A stretch of 64,000 bases of DNA from Candidatus Delongbacteria bacterium. GTDB taxonomy: Bacteria; UBA4055. Made by a program: the position numbers and the translations under genes. Numbering within the stretch: the first letter of the stretch is position 1; every line of letters begins with the position of its first letter. The stretch spans positions 1 to 64,000 of the forward strand of contig JAFGVM010000057.1 in the NCBI GenBank assembly GCA_016937995.1. Reading direction: 5' to 3'. The notes beneath the pieces were generated by a model. The model made no database searches. It was not told the origin of the DNA and worked only from the letters and a program-made list of their open reading frames with translations. This document shows positions 28,060-37,225 of the stretch, piece after piece.

Positions 28060-28130
28060 GAAATTATAAAACATTTGACATTCCGTGTTGGTTATTGAAT
28101 ATTGTGAAATATTTCAGAAAAATATTTCAC

Positions 28131-28167
28131 AAGGTCACTATTTGACCGGATGTCTTTTGTATATTGC
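28131..28167 (+). promoter_or_regulatory. Bipartite operator/promoter motif, copy 2, upstream of yraN
   Basis: AAGGTCACTATTTGACCG-N11-TATATTGC; contains the perfect palindrome GGTCA-N5-TGACC. Confidence 0.7.
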
Positions 28168-28206
28168 AATAAAGTAGGTCGTTTATGCACTAATGAATAC
28201 CGCACA

Positions 28207-28241
28207 GACTTCTGACTTCTGACTTCTGACTTCTAAATTCT
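28207..28241. repeat. Heptamer tandem repeat GACTTCT x4 plus a degenerate copy
   Basis: gacttct gacttct gacttct gacttct aaattct. Confidence 0.9.
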
Positions 28242-28267
28242 AACTTAAAAAGTGAGGACTTTTTCAA

Positions 28268-28642
28268 ATGTGTGAATATAATAACAGGAATACAGGCACT
28301 ATCGGGGAGGATATTGCGGCTGGTTATCTTTCAACTCTGGGATATGAGATAATTAAAAGAAATTTTCAATATTCTAATTTTGGTGAAATAGATATAATTG
28401 CAAAAGATAAAAACGTTCTCGTTTTTGTAGAGGTGAAAGCGAATAGAACATCCCAATTCGGAAATCCTGTTCTGCGTGTAGGAATATCTAAGCAGAGACA
28501 GATATATAAAGTTGCACAAATTTACATGTTATATAATAATATTAGAAATACAGACTGCCGCTTTGATGTAATAGCTATAGAAATGGGTTATGAAAAGAAT
28601 GAGATCACGCATATTGAGAACGCTTTCAGTATTGTTCTATAG
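28268..28642 (+). CDS. yraN: YraN family (UPF0102) PD-(D/E)xK nuclease-fold protein
   Basis: GEDIAAGYL..GYEIIKRNF, GEIDIIA, LVFVEVK, CRFDVIAI, HIENAF. Confidence 0.95.
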   Translation: MCEYNNRNTGTIGEDIAAGYLSTLGYEIIKRNFQYSNFGEIDIIAKDKNVLVFVEVKANRTSQFGNPVLRVGISKQRQIYKVAQIYMLYNNIRNTDCRFDVIAIEMGYEKNEITHIENAFSIVL

Positions 28643-28738
28643 TATGATCAATTCAGACTAAAAAAAAGACCGGCTATGATGGGAGCTGTGTTCGATATTT
28701 ATGAAAGAAATTCATATAATAAAACATTTTAACTTTTC

Positions 28739-28767
28739 TTGACATTACCTATGTCATTGCGTATTTT
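28739..28767 (+). promoter_or_regulatory. sigma70-type promoter of the aminotransferase operon
   Basis: TTGACA-N17-TATTTT. Confidence 0.65.
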
Positions 28768-28802
28768 TTCTTTCCTGAAAATAAAACAATGGAGATATAC
28801 AA

Positions 28803-29999
28803 ATGGGAAGATTATCACTGTCAAACCGTAATGAGATCATGCAGGAAAGTCCTATCAGAAAACTTGCACCTTATGCGGAAGCTGCTAAATTAAAAAGGAT
28901 CAATGTTTATCACCTAAACATTGGGCAACCAGATATTAAAACCCCTGACGAAATGATAAATGCATATCATACGATCCCTCCTGTTATAAAGTACGGACCT
29001 AGTGAAGGAACTTTGAGTTATAGAAAAAAACTGGCTGAATATTACAATAGAGTCGGAATAAAAGTAGATGAAACAAATATCTTTGTGACAACAGGTGGAA
29101 GTGAAGCTATAATTTTTACTCTATTATCAGCTTTATCACCTGGTGATGAAGTCATTATACCGGAGCCTTTCTACACGAACTATAACGGTTTTGCTGTGAT
29201 GGCAGGTGTTAATGTTGTACCTATTACTACAAGTATTGATACAGGATTTGATCTTCCTGAAATCTCTGAATTTAAAAGCAAGTTGACTGATAAGACCAAA
29301 GCGATAGTTATCTGTAATCCGGGTAATCCGACCGGTGCTGTATTTTGTAAAGATAAATTACAAAAATTAGTTGATTTTGCCAGGGATAATGACCTTTATG
29401 TTATCTCTGATGAAGTTTATAGAGAGTTCACATATGATTGTAAGGCTACTTCGATACTTGAATTTGAGAATTTTGAGGAGAATGCAATTTTAATAGATTC
29501 AACTTCAAAACGTTATTCTGCTTGCGGTTCCAGGATCGGAAACATTGTAACAAGGAATAAAGAACTTCTTAAACTCGTACTTAAATTTGGACAGGCAAGA
29601 CTTTGTCCTCCAAGTATTGATCAGACTGCAGCAGAAGCAGCAGTTGATGTTCCCCAGTCATATTTCGATGAAGTATTGGTAGAATATAAAAAAAGAAGAG
29701 ATCTTGCATTTCAAGAATTATCAAAAATACCTGATGTAACTGTTTCAATGCCGAAAGGAGCTTTCTATATGATAGTGGGCTTACCTGTGGAAGACGCCGA
29801 TGAATTTGCAAAGTGGTTACTGTCTGAATTTAATGTAAATAATGAAACGACTATGGTGGCTCCTGTATCAGGTTTCTATGCAACTCCTGGTTTGGGAAAA
29901 AATCAGATAAGAATTGCATATATTCTAAACACTGAAGATCTAAAAAAGGCTATCAATATACTTAAACTTGGGCTTGAAGAGTATAGAAGGAAACAATAA
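28803..29999 (+). CDS. PLP-dependent class I/II (aspartate-type) aminotransferase
   Basis: LNIGQPD, NPGNPTG, SDEVY, STSKRYSACGSRIG. Confidence 0.95.
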   Translation: MGRLSLSNRNEIMQESPIRKLAPYAEAAKLKRINVYHLNIGQPDIKTPDEMINAYHTIPPVIKYGPSEGTLSYRKKLAEYYNRVGIKVDETNIFVTTGGSEAIIFTLLSALSPGDEVIIPEPFYTNYNGFAVMAGVNVVPITTSIDTGFDLPEISEFKSKLTDKTKAIVICNPGNPTGAVFCKDKLQKLVDFARDNDLYVISDEVYREFTYDCKATSILEFENFEENAILIDSTSKRYSACGSRIGNIVTRNKELLKLVLKFGQARLCPPSIDQTAAEAAVDVPQSYFDEVLVEYKKRRDLAFQELSKIPDVTVSMPKGAFYMIVGLPVEDADEFAKWLLSEFNVNNETTMVAPVSGFYATPGLGKNQIRIAYILNTEDLKKAINILKLGLEEYRRKQ

Positions 30000-30262
30000 T
30001 GTTCGGTAAGAAGGTTCAGAAGAGAGAGTTCGGTTATAGACCGGTTCATTCTGACATGACAAAGAATGACACACCTTTAAGAGAGAGGATAAAGTTCACA
30101 ACTTTCTCCTCTCAGGATAAAAGAAGCTCTAAAAGAAGGACCATAATACTGATCCTGTTTTTAATTTTGATTATTGCTGTGATCGTTAATTTCGGGATAT
30201 CAACCCTGTCGATAGAAGAAATAAAGATCAAGGAAACAGAATTTGAGAAGATTACCCCCTAA
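29999..30262 (+). CDS. Small single-TM hypothetical protein
   Basis: TAATG coupling; REFGYRP motif; one TM. Confidence 0.7.
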   Translation: MFGKKVQKREFGYRPVHSDMTKNDTPLRERIKFTTFSSQDKRSSKRRTIILILFLILIIAVIVNFGISTLSIEEIKIKETEFEKITP

Positions 30263-30776
30263 TACACTTAGCATAATTGATGAATATTTTACTTTTTTCG
30301 ATTCAACAAATGCCAAGATAGATAAGATTGTTAAAAAGCACGAAAAAAATCTGTCATGCAAAAAGGGATGTACTTATTGCTGCATGAATATTTCTGTTCT
30401 GCCGATAGAGTTTTATGCAATTGGAAAAATGATCCTGAAGGCGAAAAAACAAATAACTGTGAACAGGCATAAAAGGTGTGCATTTCTGCAGGATAATCTT
30501 TGTATGATATATAAATACAGACCTATCATATGCAGAACCCACGGACTACCTTTATCACATAGGGACAGCCATGATCCAGGAAGGGTAAATGTTTCAATTT
30601 GTGAAATGAACTTTGTTGATAAAATACCGAAATTTAATCTGGATAATACTCTTGACATGGATGAAATAAATTTAAAACTGTATAGATTAAATGAGAAGTT
30701 CATATCGAAATTTAAGACCAGAATGTCAGCAAGGATACCTCTGGTTAAAGTTGCTGCTTACGTAAAAGGTAGATGA
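30243..30776 (+). CDS. YkgJ family cysteine-cluster protein
   Basis: CKKGCTYCC, CAFL..CMIYKYRPIICRTHGLP, ICEMNF. Confidence 0.85.
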   Translation: MRRLPPNTLSIIDEYFTFFDSTNAKIDKIVKKHEKNLSCKKGCTYCCMNISVLPIEFYAIGKMILKAKKQITVNRHKRCAFLQDNLCMIYKYRPIICRTHGLPLSHRDSHDPGRVNVSICEMNFVDKIPKFNLDNTLDMDEINLKLYRLNEKFISKFKTRMSARIPLVKVAAYVKGR

Positions 30777-30834
30777 TCAATTTCCAATTATAAGGCAGGA
30801 TCAGGCCCAAATTCCGTCAGGAAGGTTTTGTTTT

Positions 30835-31866
30835 TTAACAAAAGTAGAAATAATGTTTGTTTTGTAAAAAATTGTTTTCATCAAAGAAAACGGCGATATT
30901 TTTCAGATCATCCGGACCCGAAACAGTTACAATTATCTGTAATTTGTCAATATTTTTGATAGTACGGTAGTCTTCTATACAGGTACCATAAATAGTCTCA
31001 CCGATCTTTTTTAAATTATTACTTACCCATCTAAAAGGGATATCAAATTTATCATGAAGTATTTTAACCAGTTTTTTTCCTTTTGATCCGGTCCCCCATA
31101 CAACTAGAGTCTTTTCCCTGTTATGATCAAGTTCAAAAAAATACTTAAGCTTCAGGTCAAAGAACTGCTGATCCTTATATCTCGGATCATTTCTGGAAAT
31201 TCTTGCGGGATGATCTCTCCAATAATGTAATAATTCATTATATGAACGTACTTTTAAACCGTATTTATAAAACCGGAATGCAAGATCATAATCTTCAGGA
31301 TAGATATTTGTATTGAAAGCTTTACATCTGATTAGATCATCTCTATGAACAAGCCAGCAGGATGATTGAATAACACATTCCCTGTATATTTCATTATAAC
31401 AATCTTCATTCAAAATAAGATGATTAAGCCATTTTTCATATTTCTTATAACCATCTCCAATTTCAGTATCAGAAAAACATTTTACCGGTCCCGTAATTAC
31501 ATGACCTTTCCCTGATGCGAGATACAACTTCTTCATTTTTTCCAATTTATACTCGGTCATAAGGTCATCAGAATCCATTCTGGTAATAAGATCACCTCTG
31601 CTATGAATAAAGGCTGTTTTTAAAGCAGTAATAATGCCATCTCCTTCTTCATTTTGAAGAACAGTGATCCTGCGGTCTTTATTTGAAAAATCTTCTAAAA
31701 TCTGTTGGCTAGAATCTTCTGAATGGTCATTTACTACGATCAATTCCCAATTATTCTCTGTTTGATCCAGTATTGAGTTTATGGTCATAGTAAGAAATTG
31801 TTCAGAGTTTCTTACAGGCATTAATATTGAGATAAGTGGTTTTATTTTTGATGAGTTATCAGTCAT
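30835..31866 (-). CDS. Glycosyltransferase family 2
   Basis: ISILMPVRN, VNDHSED, RMDSDD, PEDYDL. Confidence 0.93.
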   Translation of the reverse strand: MTDNSSKIKPLISILMPVRNSEQFLTMTINSILDQTENNWELIVVNDHSEDSSQQILEDFSNKDRRITVLQNEEGDGIITALKTAFIHSRGDLITRMDSDDLMTEYKLEKMKKLYLASGKGHVITGPVKCFSDTEIGDGYKKYEKWLNHLILNEDCYNEIYRECVIQSSCWLVHRDDLIRCKAFNTNIYPEDYDLAFRFYKYGLKVRSYNELLHYWRDHPARISRNDPRYKDQQFFDLKLKYFFELDHNREKTLVVWGTGSKGKKLVKILHDKFDIPFRWVSNNLKKIGETIYGTCIEDYRTIKNIDKLQIIVTVSGPDDLKNIAVFFDENNFLQNKHYFYFC

Positions 31867-32308
31867 TTGCGTAAAGATTTTCAGGTTCAACCTTTACCTG
31901 TACAGAGGTGATTTCCGAGATTGCCAGGTCCAGTTGAAGAGAATCAAGAGTTCCGTTTAAGGACTGCAGTATTTCACCATTTTTTATAAATTTATATGTT
32001 GGGACGCACTTTATTTTGTTTTCTTTTGCGAATTTGTAATTTTTATCTACATCAATATGTGCAAAAGTTATACTGTCTTTAAAAGTTTCAGCTGTTTTGT
32101 TGAGAATACTTTTATAGTGGTTATTTACTTTGTCACTATCTCTGAAATAACCCACTATAATAAGTTCATCATTATTTTTGATCATTTTATTGTAACTTTT
32201 CCTGTTAAGGTCAAGAAGGTAATTTTTTATCTTTTTATCAGTAGTATCTTCCCTGCATGAAAACAAGGTTAAAAATAAAATGATATATGTTATTTTAAAA
32301 AGTCTCAT
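31859..32308 (-). CDS. Thioredoxin-fold lipoprotein lacking CxxC
   Basis: Lipobox LFSC; FAHIDVDKN...IKCVPTYKFIKNGE. Confidence 0.7.
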   Translation of the reverse strand: MRLFKITYIILFLTLFSCREDTTDKKIKNYLLDLNRKSYNKMIKNNDELIIVGYFRDSDKVNNHYKSILNKTAETFKDSITFAHIDVDKNYKFAKENKIKCVPTYKFIKNGEILQSLNGTLDSLQLDLAISEITSVQVKVEPENLYAND

Positions 32309-32619
32309 TATCGATCAACTAACATTCTTATTATGTTGTGAGTAATAGGTTCAATGATCTTATAATTTATCTTATTCCCATTCTTAACACCTTCGATTAT
32401 ACCATGTTTTCTAAGAACAGCCAGTTGTTGAGAAACAATTGGTTGAGGCTCAGCTACACAATTTACTAAACTTTTTACAATTCCTTTTTTTTCATAAATT
32501 GCAATGAGCAGTTTAAGTCTAACAGAATGTCCGATTGCTTTTACGATCTCAGCTTCTCTTTCTAGACAGGAACTAAGAATAAAATGAAAATTTCCACATT
32601 TATCTTTTTTCGAGTTCAT
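32308..32619 (-). CDS. ArsR/SmtB family transcriptional regulator
   Basis: KAIGHSVRLKLL...VSQQLAVLRKHGII...GNKINY. Confidence 0.88.
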   Translation of the reverse strand: MNSKKDKCGNFHFILSSCLEREAEIVKAIGHSVRLKLLIAIYEKKGIVKSLVNCVAEPQPIVSQQLAVLRKHGIIEGVKNGNKINYKIIEPITHNIIRMLVDR

Positions 32620-33349
32620 GTAATTCTCCCTTTAAATTTTTGATCTCCTCCATTATCCTCTCCGAAATGAGTTTCCAGGTTTCTGGTTTATTCTCCATTT
32701 TAAAAAATTCGTCAAAGAAAATAGGTTCTCCGATAATCACTCTAACTTTCTTACCTACTCTTGGCATAGATTTCCCGACAGGTAATATGTCTCTTATACC
32801 CTCATGATAACATGGTATAGCCTTAACTTTTGATTCATAAATCCTTTTTCCAACACCACCTTTTCCAGGTAAAAGATCTCCAGATCTACTTCTGGTCCCT
32901 TCAGGAAATATATGTACAATTCCACCATTTATGAGTTTTTGAGTAACTAATTTTTGGGCAAATTGATCAATACCTTTTCCCCTTTCCAGAGGAATGCATT
33001 TTACAAAATTCATATACATGGACATGAACCAGTTTTTGTAGAAATTACCATATTCTGGAGTGTGGTATGGGAGGTATTTATAATTCAACATACCTTTTTT
33101 GAGAAAAACTATACAATCGATAAATCCTGAATCGAACATAGTTGTATGGTTAGATGCAAAAACGTAAGGTGCTTTTTCTCTCTGGATAATATCCTTTCCA
33201 TAGAATCTGCTGCTGTTCAAGATATACATCCAGATCCAGATGAAAATACTTGTAAGAAAAGTAAATATCTTCGACATGATCCTGAAGATCAAATTTTCTT
33301 TAGGCACCTTCCATTTTTCAACAACTCTATTTGAAGTTTTTTCTGTCAT
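32600..33349 (-). CDS. Lysophospholipid acyltransferase (PlsC/tafazzin-like)
   Basis: NHTTMFD (HxxxxD), FPEGTRS. Confidence 0.92.
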   Translation of the reverse strand: MTEKTSNRVVEKWKVPKENLIFRIMSKIFTFLTSIFIWIWMYILNSSRFYGKDIIQREKAPYVFASNHTTMFDSGFIDCIVFLKKGMLNYKYLPYHTPEYGNFYKNWFMSMYMNFVKCIPLERGKGIDQFAQKLVTQKLINGGIVHIFPEGTRSRSGDLLPGKGGVGKRIYESKVKAIPCYHEGIRDILPVGKSMPRVGKKVRVIIGEPIFFDEFFKMENKPETWKLISERIMEEIKNLKGELHELEKR

Positions 33350-33870
33350 TAATTAACACTTTTTCCATATTTGAACAGATCTCCTGCCTGATAGATATCC
33401 ATCTGAACCTGTGAGAAAGGTGTTGCCTGCAATACTGTTGTAGCATTAACTGTGATAATTCCTTTTTCAAGATCGATCTCCAGATCATCACCCATTTTTA
33501 TCTTTTCAGCTTCTTCACCTGCCCATAATATCGGCATTCCTGAGTTTATTGCATTTCTTTCGTATATTGCACCAAAAGATTTTCCGATGATCAATTGAAT
33601 CCCGTTAGCTCTAAAGCAATCTACAGCCTGTTGTCTTGAAGATCCCGAACCGAAATTTTCTCCGATGATCAAAATTTCGTTATTATGATCATCTTCTGCA
33701 AATCTTTCATAACCTTCCAGGTTATCGAAAGAATATTTTCCCATTTCGTTTATATCTGTAATGGTAAGATACCTGTTATGAAAGATCATATCGGTATCAA
33801 CATCAGGTATAAGCATACCATCTTTACCTTTTACAACATAAGCCTTGCCCTTAATAACAGTCGGTTTCAT
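33349..33870 (-). CDS. leuD: Isopropylmalate/homoaconitate dehydratase small subunit (LeuD/DmdB family)
   Basis: DVDTDMI, GENFGSGSSRQQA, SFGAIYERNAINSG; ATG33870 after GGGGA. Confidence 0.88.
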   Translation of the reverse strand: MKPTVIKGKAYVVKGKDGMLIPDVDTDMIFHNRYLTITDINEMGKYSFDNLEGYERFAEDDHNNEILIIGENFGSGSSRQQAVDCFRANGIQLIIGKSFGAIYERNAINSGMPILWAGEEAEKIKMGDDLEIDLEKGIITVNATTVLQATPFSQVQMDIYQAGDLFKYGKSVN

Positions 33871-33925
33871 ATGTTTCCCCATTTAAATTTATTGCTATAT
33901 AGATTTTTTCCACATTTATGTGAAT

Positions 33926-33954
33926 AATATATCTCTATATTTAATGCTTGTCAA
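33926..33954 (-). promoter_or_regulatory. sigma70-type promoter of the leuD-plsC-arsR-trx-GT2 operon
   Basis: Minus strand TTGACA-N17-TATATT. Confidence 0.7.
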
Positions 33955-34091
33955 GAAAATATTCTTAAAGTAAAACAGTAAGAAAAATAAATTGCATGAG
34001 CTGTGTTAAATAAAAGAATATTTAGATTTGCAAATATCATGCTTTAAAGTTACAATTAACATGTTGAAGAATTTAGTTGCATGGTAAAGTT

Positions 34092-34859
34092 ATGAAATAC
34101 AAAATAATATTGATAATAGTTCTGAATTTGTTCCTGTCAGCCAGAGAATTACAGAGTCTGAATCTCTTTAATAAAGAATTTTATTTTTTTGATGGTTTTG
34201 AAAATAATTTGCAAATATACACTGACAATGGAAAGTTGATCAAAGAAGTGGATATGTCCAATATAAACAAAAATTCAATTTCAGATTTCTTTATCAGATA
34301 CAACAGCATAAACAGTTATTTGTTCGATTCAATTTCAGGAGTATTATATTTTCTGGATGAAAATTATAATTTGAGTTATTCTTTTGATCTGACTGAGATA
34401 TTTAAGCTAAAGTTGAATGCCGAGATATATCCTGCAAATTACAACTCATTGATATTAGCCTCAGAAGATCTTGAAAAGTATTACATACTTGAGAATAAGG
34501 AAATGAGTGAGATAATATTTCTGTCAGATGATCCTGTTGATTATTCTTATTCATCGAACAGTCTCTTTATTTTGTTTTCAGATAAAGTGGAGGTGTATTC
34601 CTATGAAGGGATATACCAAAGATCGTTTCCATTGAAAGAATTAATTGAACCGTCCAAAATATTTATTTCTGGTAAAAATCTGTTTGTGAAGCATAAAGAT
34701 GGAATAGACAGGATCAATTGCTCAATAAATTTTAAAATTACAGGCGAAGATTATCAAACCCGAATAATAAATGAGAGCAATATTCAGGACTTCGCTATTG
34801 TTTCAAACAATGCAGCATTATTGATAAATAATAAAATTATTTTCAGGACATTAGAGTGA
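34092..34859 (+). CDS. Exported hypothetical protein (beta-propeller-like)
   Basis: Signal-like N-terminus MKYKIILIIVLNLFLSA; beta-rich; GTGA overlap with rsgA. Confidence 0.6.
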   Translation: MKYKIILIIVLNLFLSARELQSLNLFNKEFYFFDGFENNLQIYTDNGKLIKEVDMSNINKNSISDFFIRYNSINSYLFDSISGVLYFLDENYNLSYSFDLTEIFKLKLNAEIYPANYNSLILASEDLEKYYILENKEMSEIIFLSDDPVDYSYSSNSLFILFSDKVEVYSYEGIYQRSFPLKELIEPSKIFISGKNLFVKHKDGIDRINCSINFKITGEDYQTRIINESNIQDFAIVSNNAALLINNKIIFRTLE

Positions 34860-35788
34860 CGGAAAAAGGCTTAGTTCTATATGGTAACGGAGTAGATTAC
34901 ACAGTTATTGTTGATGATAAGGAAATTATCGCAAGGTTGCGCGGTAAGCTATTGCATACAACAAAAAGATCACATCATCCGGTCTGTTCCGGTGATTATG
35001 TTAAACTGATAAAAGAAAAAGATGACTACCAAATATCAGAGATCCTTCCAAGAAAGAATAAAATTTCAAGACCTTCCAATTATCAGATCAGAAAAGAACA
35101 GGTCATAGCTGCCAATATTGATTATCTTTTCCTGATAGTATCAGTATACTCTCCCAGGTTCAATACCGGATTTATTGACAGGATATTAACTTATAGTAAT
35201 ATGCAGCAGATCGAAACCATTATCGTGGTAAATAAAGTCGATCTCGGAGTTTCAGATTATGAGCTTGAATGTATTGAAGGATATAAAAAGATAGGTTATA
35301 AAGTGATAGGAACATCAACAAAAGAAAATACAAATATTGACAAGATAGAAGAGTTAACTTCAGGAAACATAACTGCATTCATTGGCAATTCAGGAGTTGG
35401 GAAATCATCAATTTTAAATTCTATAGATCCAACGGTAATGCAGAAGGTTAATGAAACATCTACATATTCTCTGAAAGGGAAACATACAACCAAACAAAGC
35501 AGATTATTTCCAATAAGGAACGGAGGGTATATAATGGATACTCCAGGGATCAGGGAATTTGGGCTTTGGAACATAGAATGGGATGAGCTGAAGAATTATT
35601 TTCCAGAGATACATGCTCTCAGCAGTAAATGCAAATTTCATAACTGCTTACACAAAAATGAACCCGGATGTGCTGTAAGAAATGCTGCAGAAAATGAAAG
35701 TATCCCTGATTTTAGGTATGAAAATTATCTTAGAATTCTTGATACTCTTTATGAGAACAGGAATATATATTTCAAAAAAGATGAATAA
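34856..35788 (+). CDS. rsgA: Ribosome small subunit-dependent GTPase A
   Basis: NKVDL, GNSGVGKSS, GKHTT, DTPG, CKFHNCLHKNEPGC. Confidence 0.97.
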   Translation: MTEKGLVLYGNGVDYTVIVDDKEIIARLRGKLLHTTKRSHHPVCSGDYVKLIKEKDDYQISEILPRKNKISRPSNYQIRKEQVIAANIDYLFLIVSVYSPRFNTGFIDRILTYSNMQQIETIIVVNKVDLGVSDYELECIEGYKKIGYKVIGTSTKENTNIDKIEELTSGNITAFIGNSGVGKSSILNSIDPTVMQKVNETSTYSLKGKHTTKQSRLFPIRNGGYIMDTPGIREFGLWNIEWDELKNYFPEIHALSSKCKFHNCLHKNEPGCAVRNAAENESIPDFRYENYLRILDTLYENRNIYFKKDE

Positions 35789-35812
35789 AAAAAGACAGGT
35801 TTGACCTGTCTT
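35787..35812 (-). terminator. Terminator between convergent rsgA and thx
   Basis: A-tract AAGACAGGT-TTG-ACCTGTCTT. Confidence 0.75.
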
Positions 35813-35871
35813 AAATTATTGTGTTAATAAAAACTCCGGAAATACTTAAGAATCATTGCACCTCTTAATTT

Positions 35872-35979
35872 TTACTTTTTTACCTTTTTTACAACAGCTT
35901 TTTTTCTCTTTTGTCTTGTTTTTCCGGCAGTACCTCTATTGATCTTGCCTTTTCTGCTGCTTAGATCTCCTTTACCCAT
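35872..35979 (-). CDS. thx: 30S ribosomal protein bTHX (35 aa; not in the ORF track)
   Basis: MGKGDLSSRKGKINRGTAGKTRQKRKKAVVKKVKK*, matching the THX pattern GKGD..xRxGKI.RGT.GK.R; RBS AGAGG. Confidence 0.93.
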   Translation of the reverse strand: MGKGDLSSRKGKINRGTAGKTRQKRKKAVVKKVKK

Positions 35980-36127
35980 TGTAAACCTCTCTAAAGTATT
36001 ATTTTGATTTGCCTTAAACATAAAGTATTATGGTGATTAATTCCACTTAAAAAATAATTTTTTCCATTTGTTTAATTAACTGATTTTATTATCTTGAAAG
36101 TAATAAATTTTTCATCGGGAGATAGAA

Positions 36128-36307
36128 ATGGAACTGTATGACCTTGTAATGCCGCTGGGGATTATAACATATGTGCTGATAATTCTGGCTATTTTAACCG
36201 GAAGAAGAATCATAAAACTTCATCCCAAATGGCATAAGATCATTGCTGTATTAGCACTTGTATTTGCAACTTTACATGCTGCAATTGTCATTTCTTATAA
36301 CATATAA
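36128..36307 (+). CDS. 59-aa two-TM membrane protein with His residues (not in the ORF track)
   Basis: MELYDLVMPLGIITYVLIILAILTGRRIIKLHPKWHKIIAVLALVFATLHAAIVISYNI*; RBS GGGAG. Confidence 0.8.
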   Translation: MELYDLVMPLGIITYVLIILAILTGRRIIKLHPKWHKIIAVLALVFATLHAAIVISYNI

Positions 36308-36323
36308 ACCAAATGGAGACATC

Positions 36324-36689
36324 ATGAAAAAGATATTCATTTTAATGATCATTACAGGGTTTTTAATGGTCATTTCGGCACATTCTGCATCAAAAGTAGA
36401 AGCCAAATACAATTTCGAGAACAAATTACTCACAGTTAATTTTACACATTCTGTAAAAGACAACACAAAACATTTTATTGAAGAAGTGAAAATTGATCTG
36501 AACGGAAAAGAGATCATCTCTCAAATGTTAAGTTCTCAGGATGATAATGTGAAGGGTGAACTCCTTTTTAAGATCAATGATACGAAGTTAGGAGATGTGA
36601 TCAATATTAGCGCTAAGTGTAACAAAGGTGGAACCAGGAAATTTGAACTTGTTTTGAAAAAAGAGAATGAAGTGAAAGAAATAAAATAA
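36324..36689 (+). CDS. Exported superoxide-reductase/desulfoferrodoxin-like beta-sandwich protein
   Basis: ATG36324 after GGAG; signal peptide ending ISA|H; THSVKDNTKHFIEEV and AKCNKGG. Confidence 0.6.
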   Translation: MKKIFILMIITGFLMVISAHSASKVEAKYNFENKLLTVNFTHSVKDNTKHFIEEVKIDLNGKEIISQMLSSQDDNVKGELLFKINDTKLGDVINISAKCNKGGTRKFELVLKKENEVKEIK

Positions 36690-36716
36690 TAATACATCAA
36701 AGTTTTACATATTATT

Positions 36717-37211
36717 CTACCCAATTATACCTTTGAGATGTTTTACATATTTTGCAGCTCCACCTTTTTGATATCCGGTTTTACCTAGAAGTTTTTCGTT
36801 ATTATCCAGTAAAATTATAGTTGGATAACCTCTGATATCAAATTTTCTGGCAAGTGACTTATTTTGTTTTTTTAATTCATTTGATTGTTTGATCGATCTT
36901 GGGAAATCTAACTTAACAAGGATCAGATTTTTATCTGCGTAATTCTGAAAATCTTTTTTGCTGAAAACTTCATTATCTAATTTGATACACCAACCACACC
37001 AATCTGATCCCGTAAAATCCAATAAAAGTTTTTTCCCTGACTTCTTTGCTTTGGATACAGCAGCTGAATAACTTGTTTCCCAATTACCCATGGCAGGAGA
37101 GTATAATGCCTGTATTTTTTCGGAAGTGCTGCTCCTATTGATATAATTCTCGTATGCATAGTATACACCGATCAAAACGATACCGACCAGTAAAATATGT
37201 TGAATTTTCAT
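36717..37211 (-). CDS. Membrane-anchored thioredoxin family protein
   Basis: N-terminal TM; DFTGSDWCGWC; IRGYPT. Confidence 0.92.
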   Translation of the reverse strand: MKIQHILLVGIVLIGVYYAYENYINRSSTSEKIQALYSPAMGNWETSYSAAVSKAKKSGKKLLLDFTGSDWCGWCIKLDNEVFSKKDFQNYADKNLILVKLDFPRSIKQSNELKKQNKSLARKFDIRGYPTIILLDNNEKLLGKTGYQKGGAAKYVKHLKGIIG

Positions 37212-37225
37212 GTATTATCCACTTG

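Noticed and set aside
28207-28241. Possible CRISPR array (also considered at 2466 and 58674)
   Set aside because: The units are 7-nt tandem repeats or isolated hairpins without unique spacers, and no cas genes are present.
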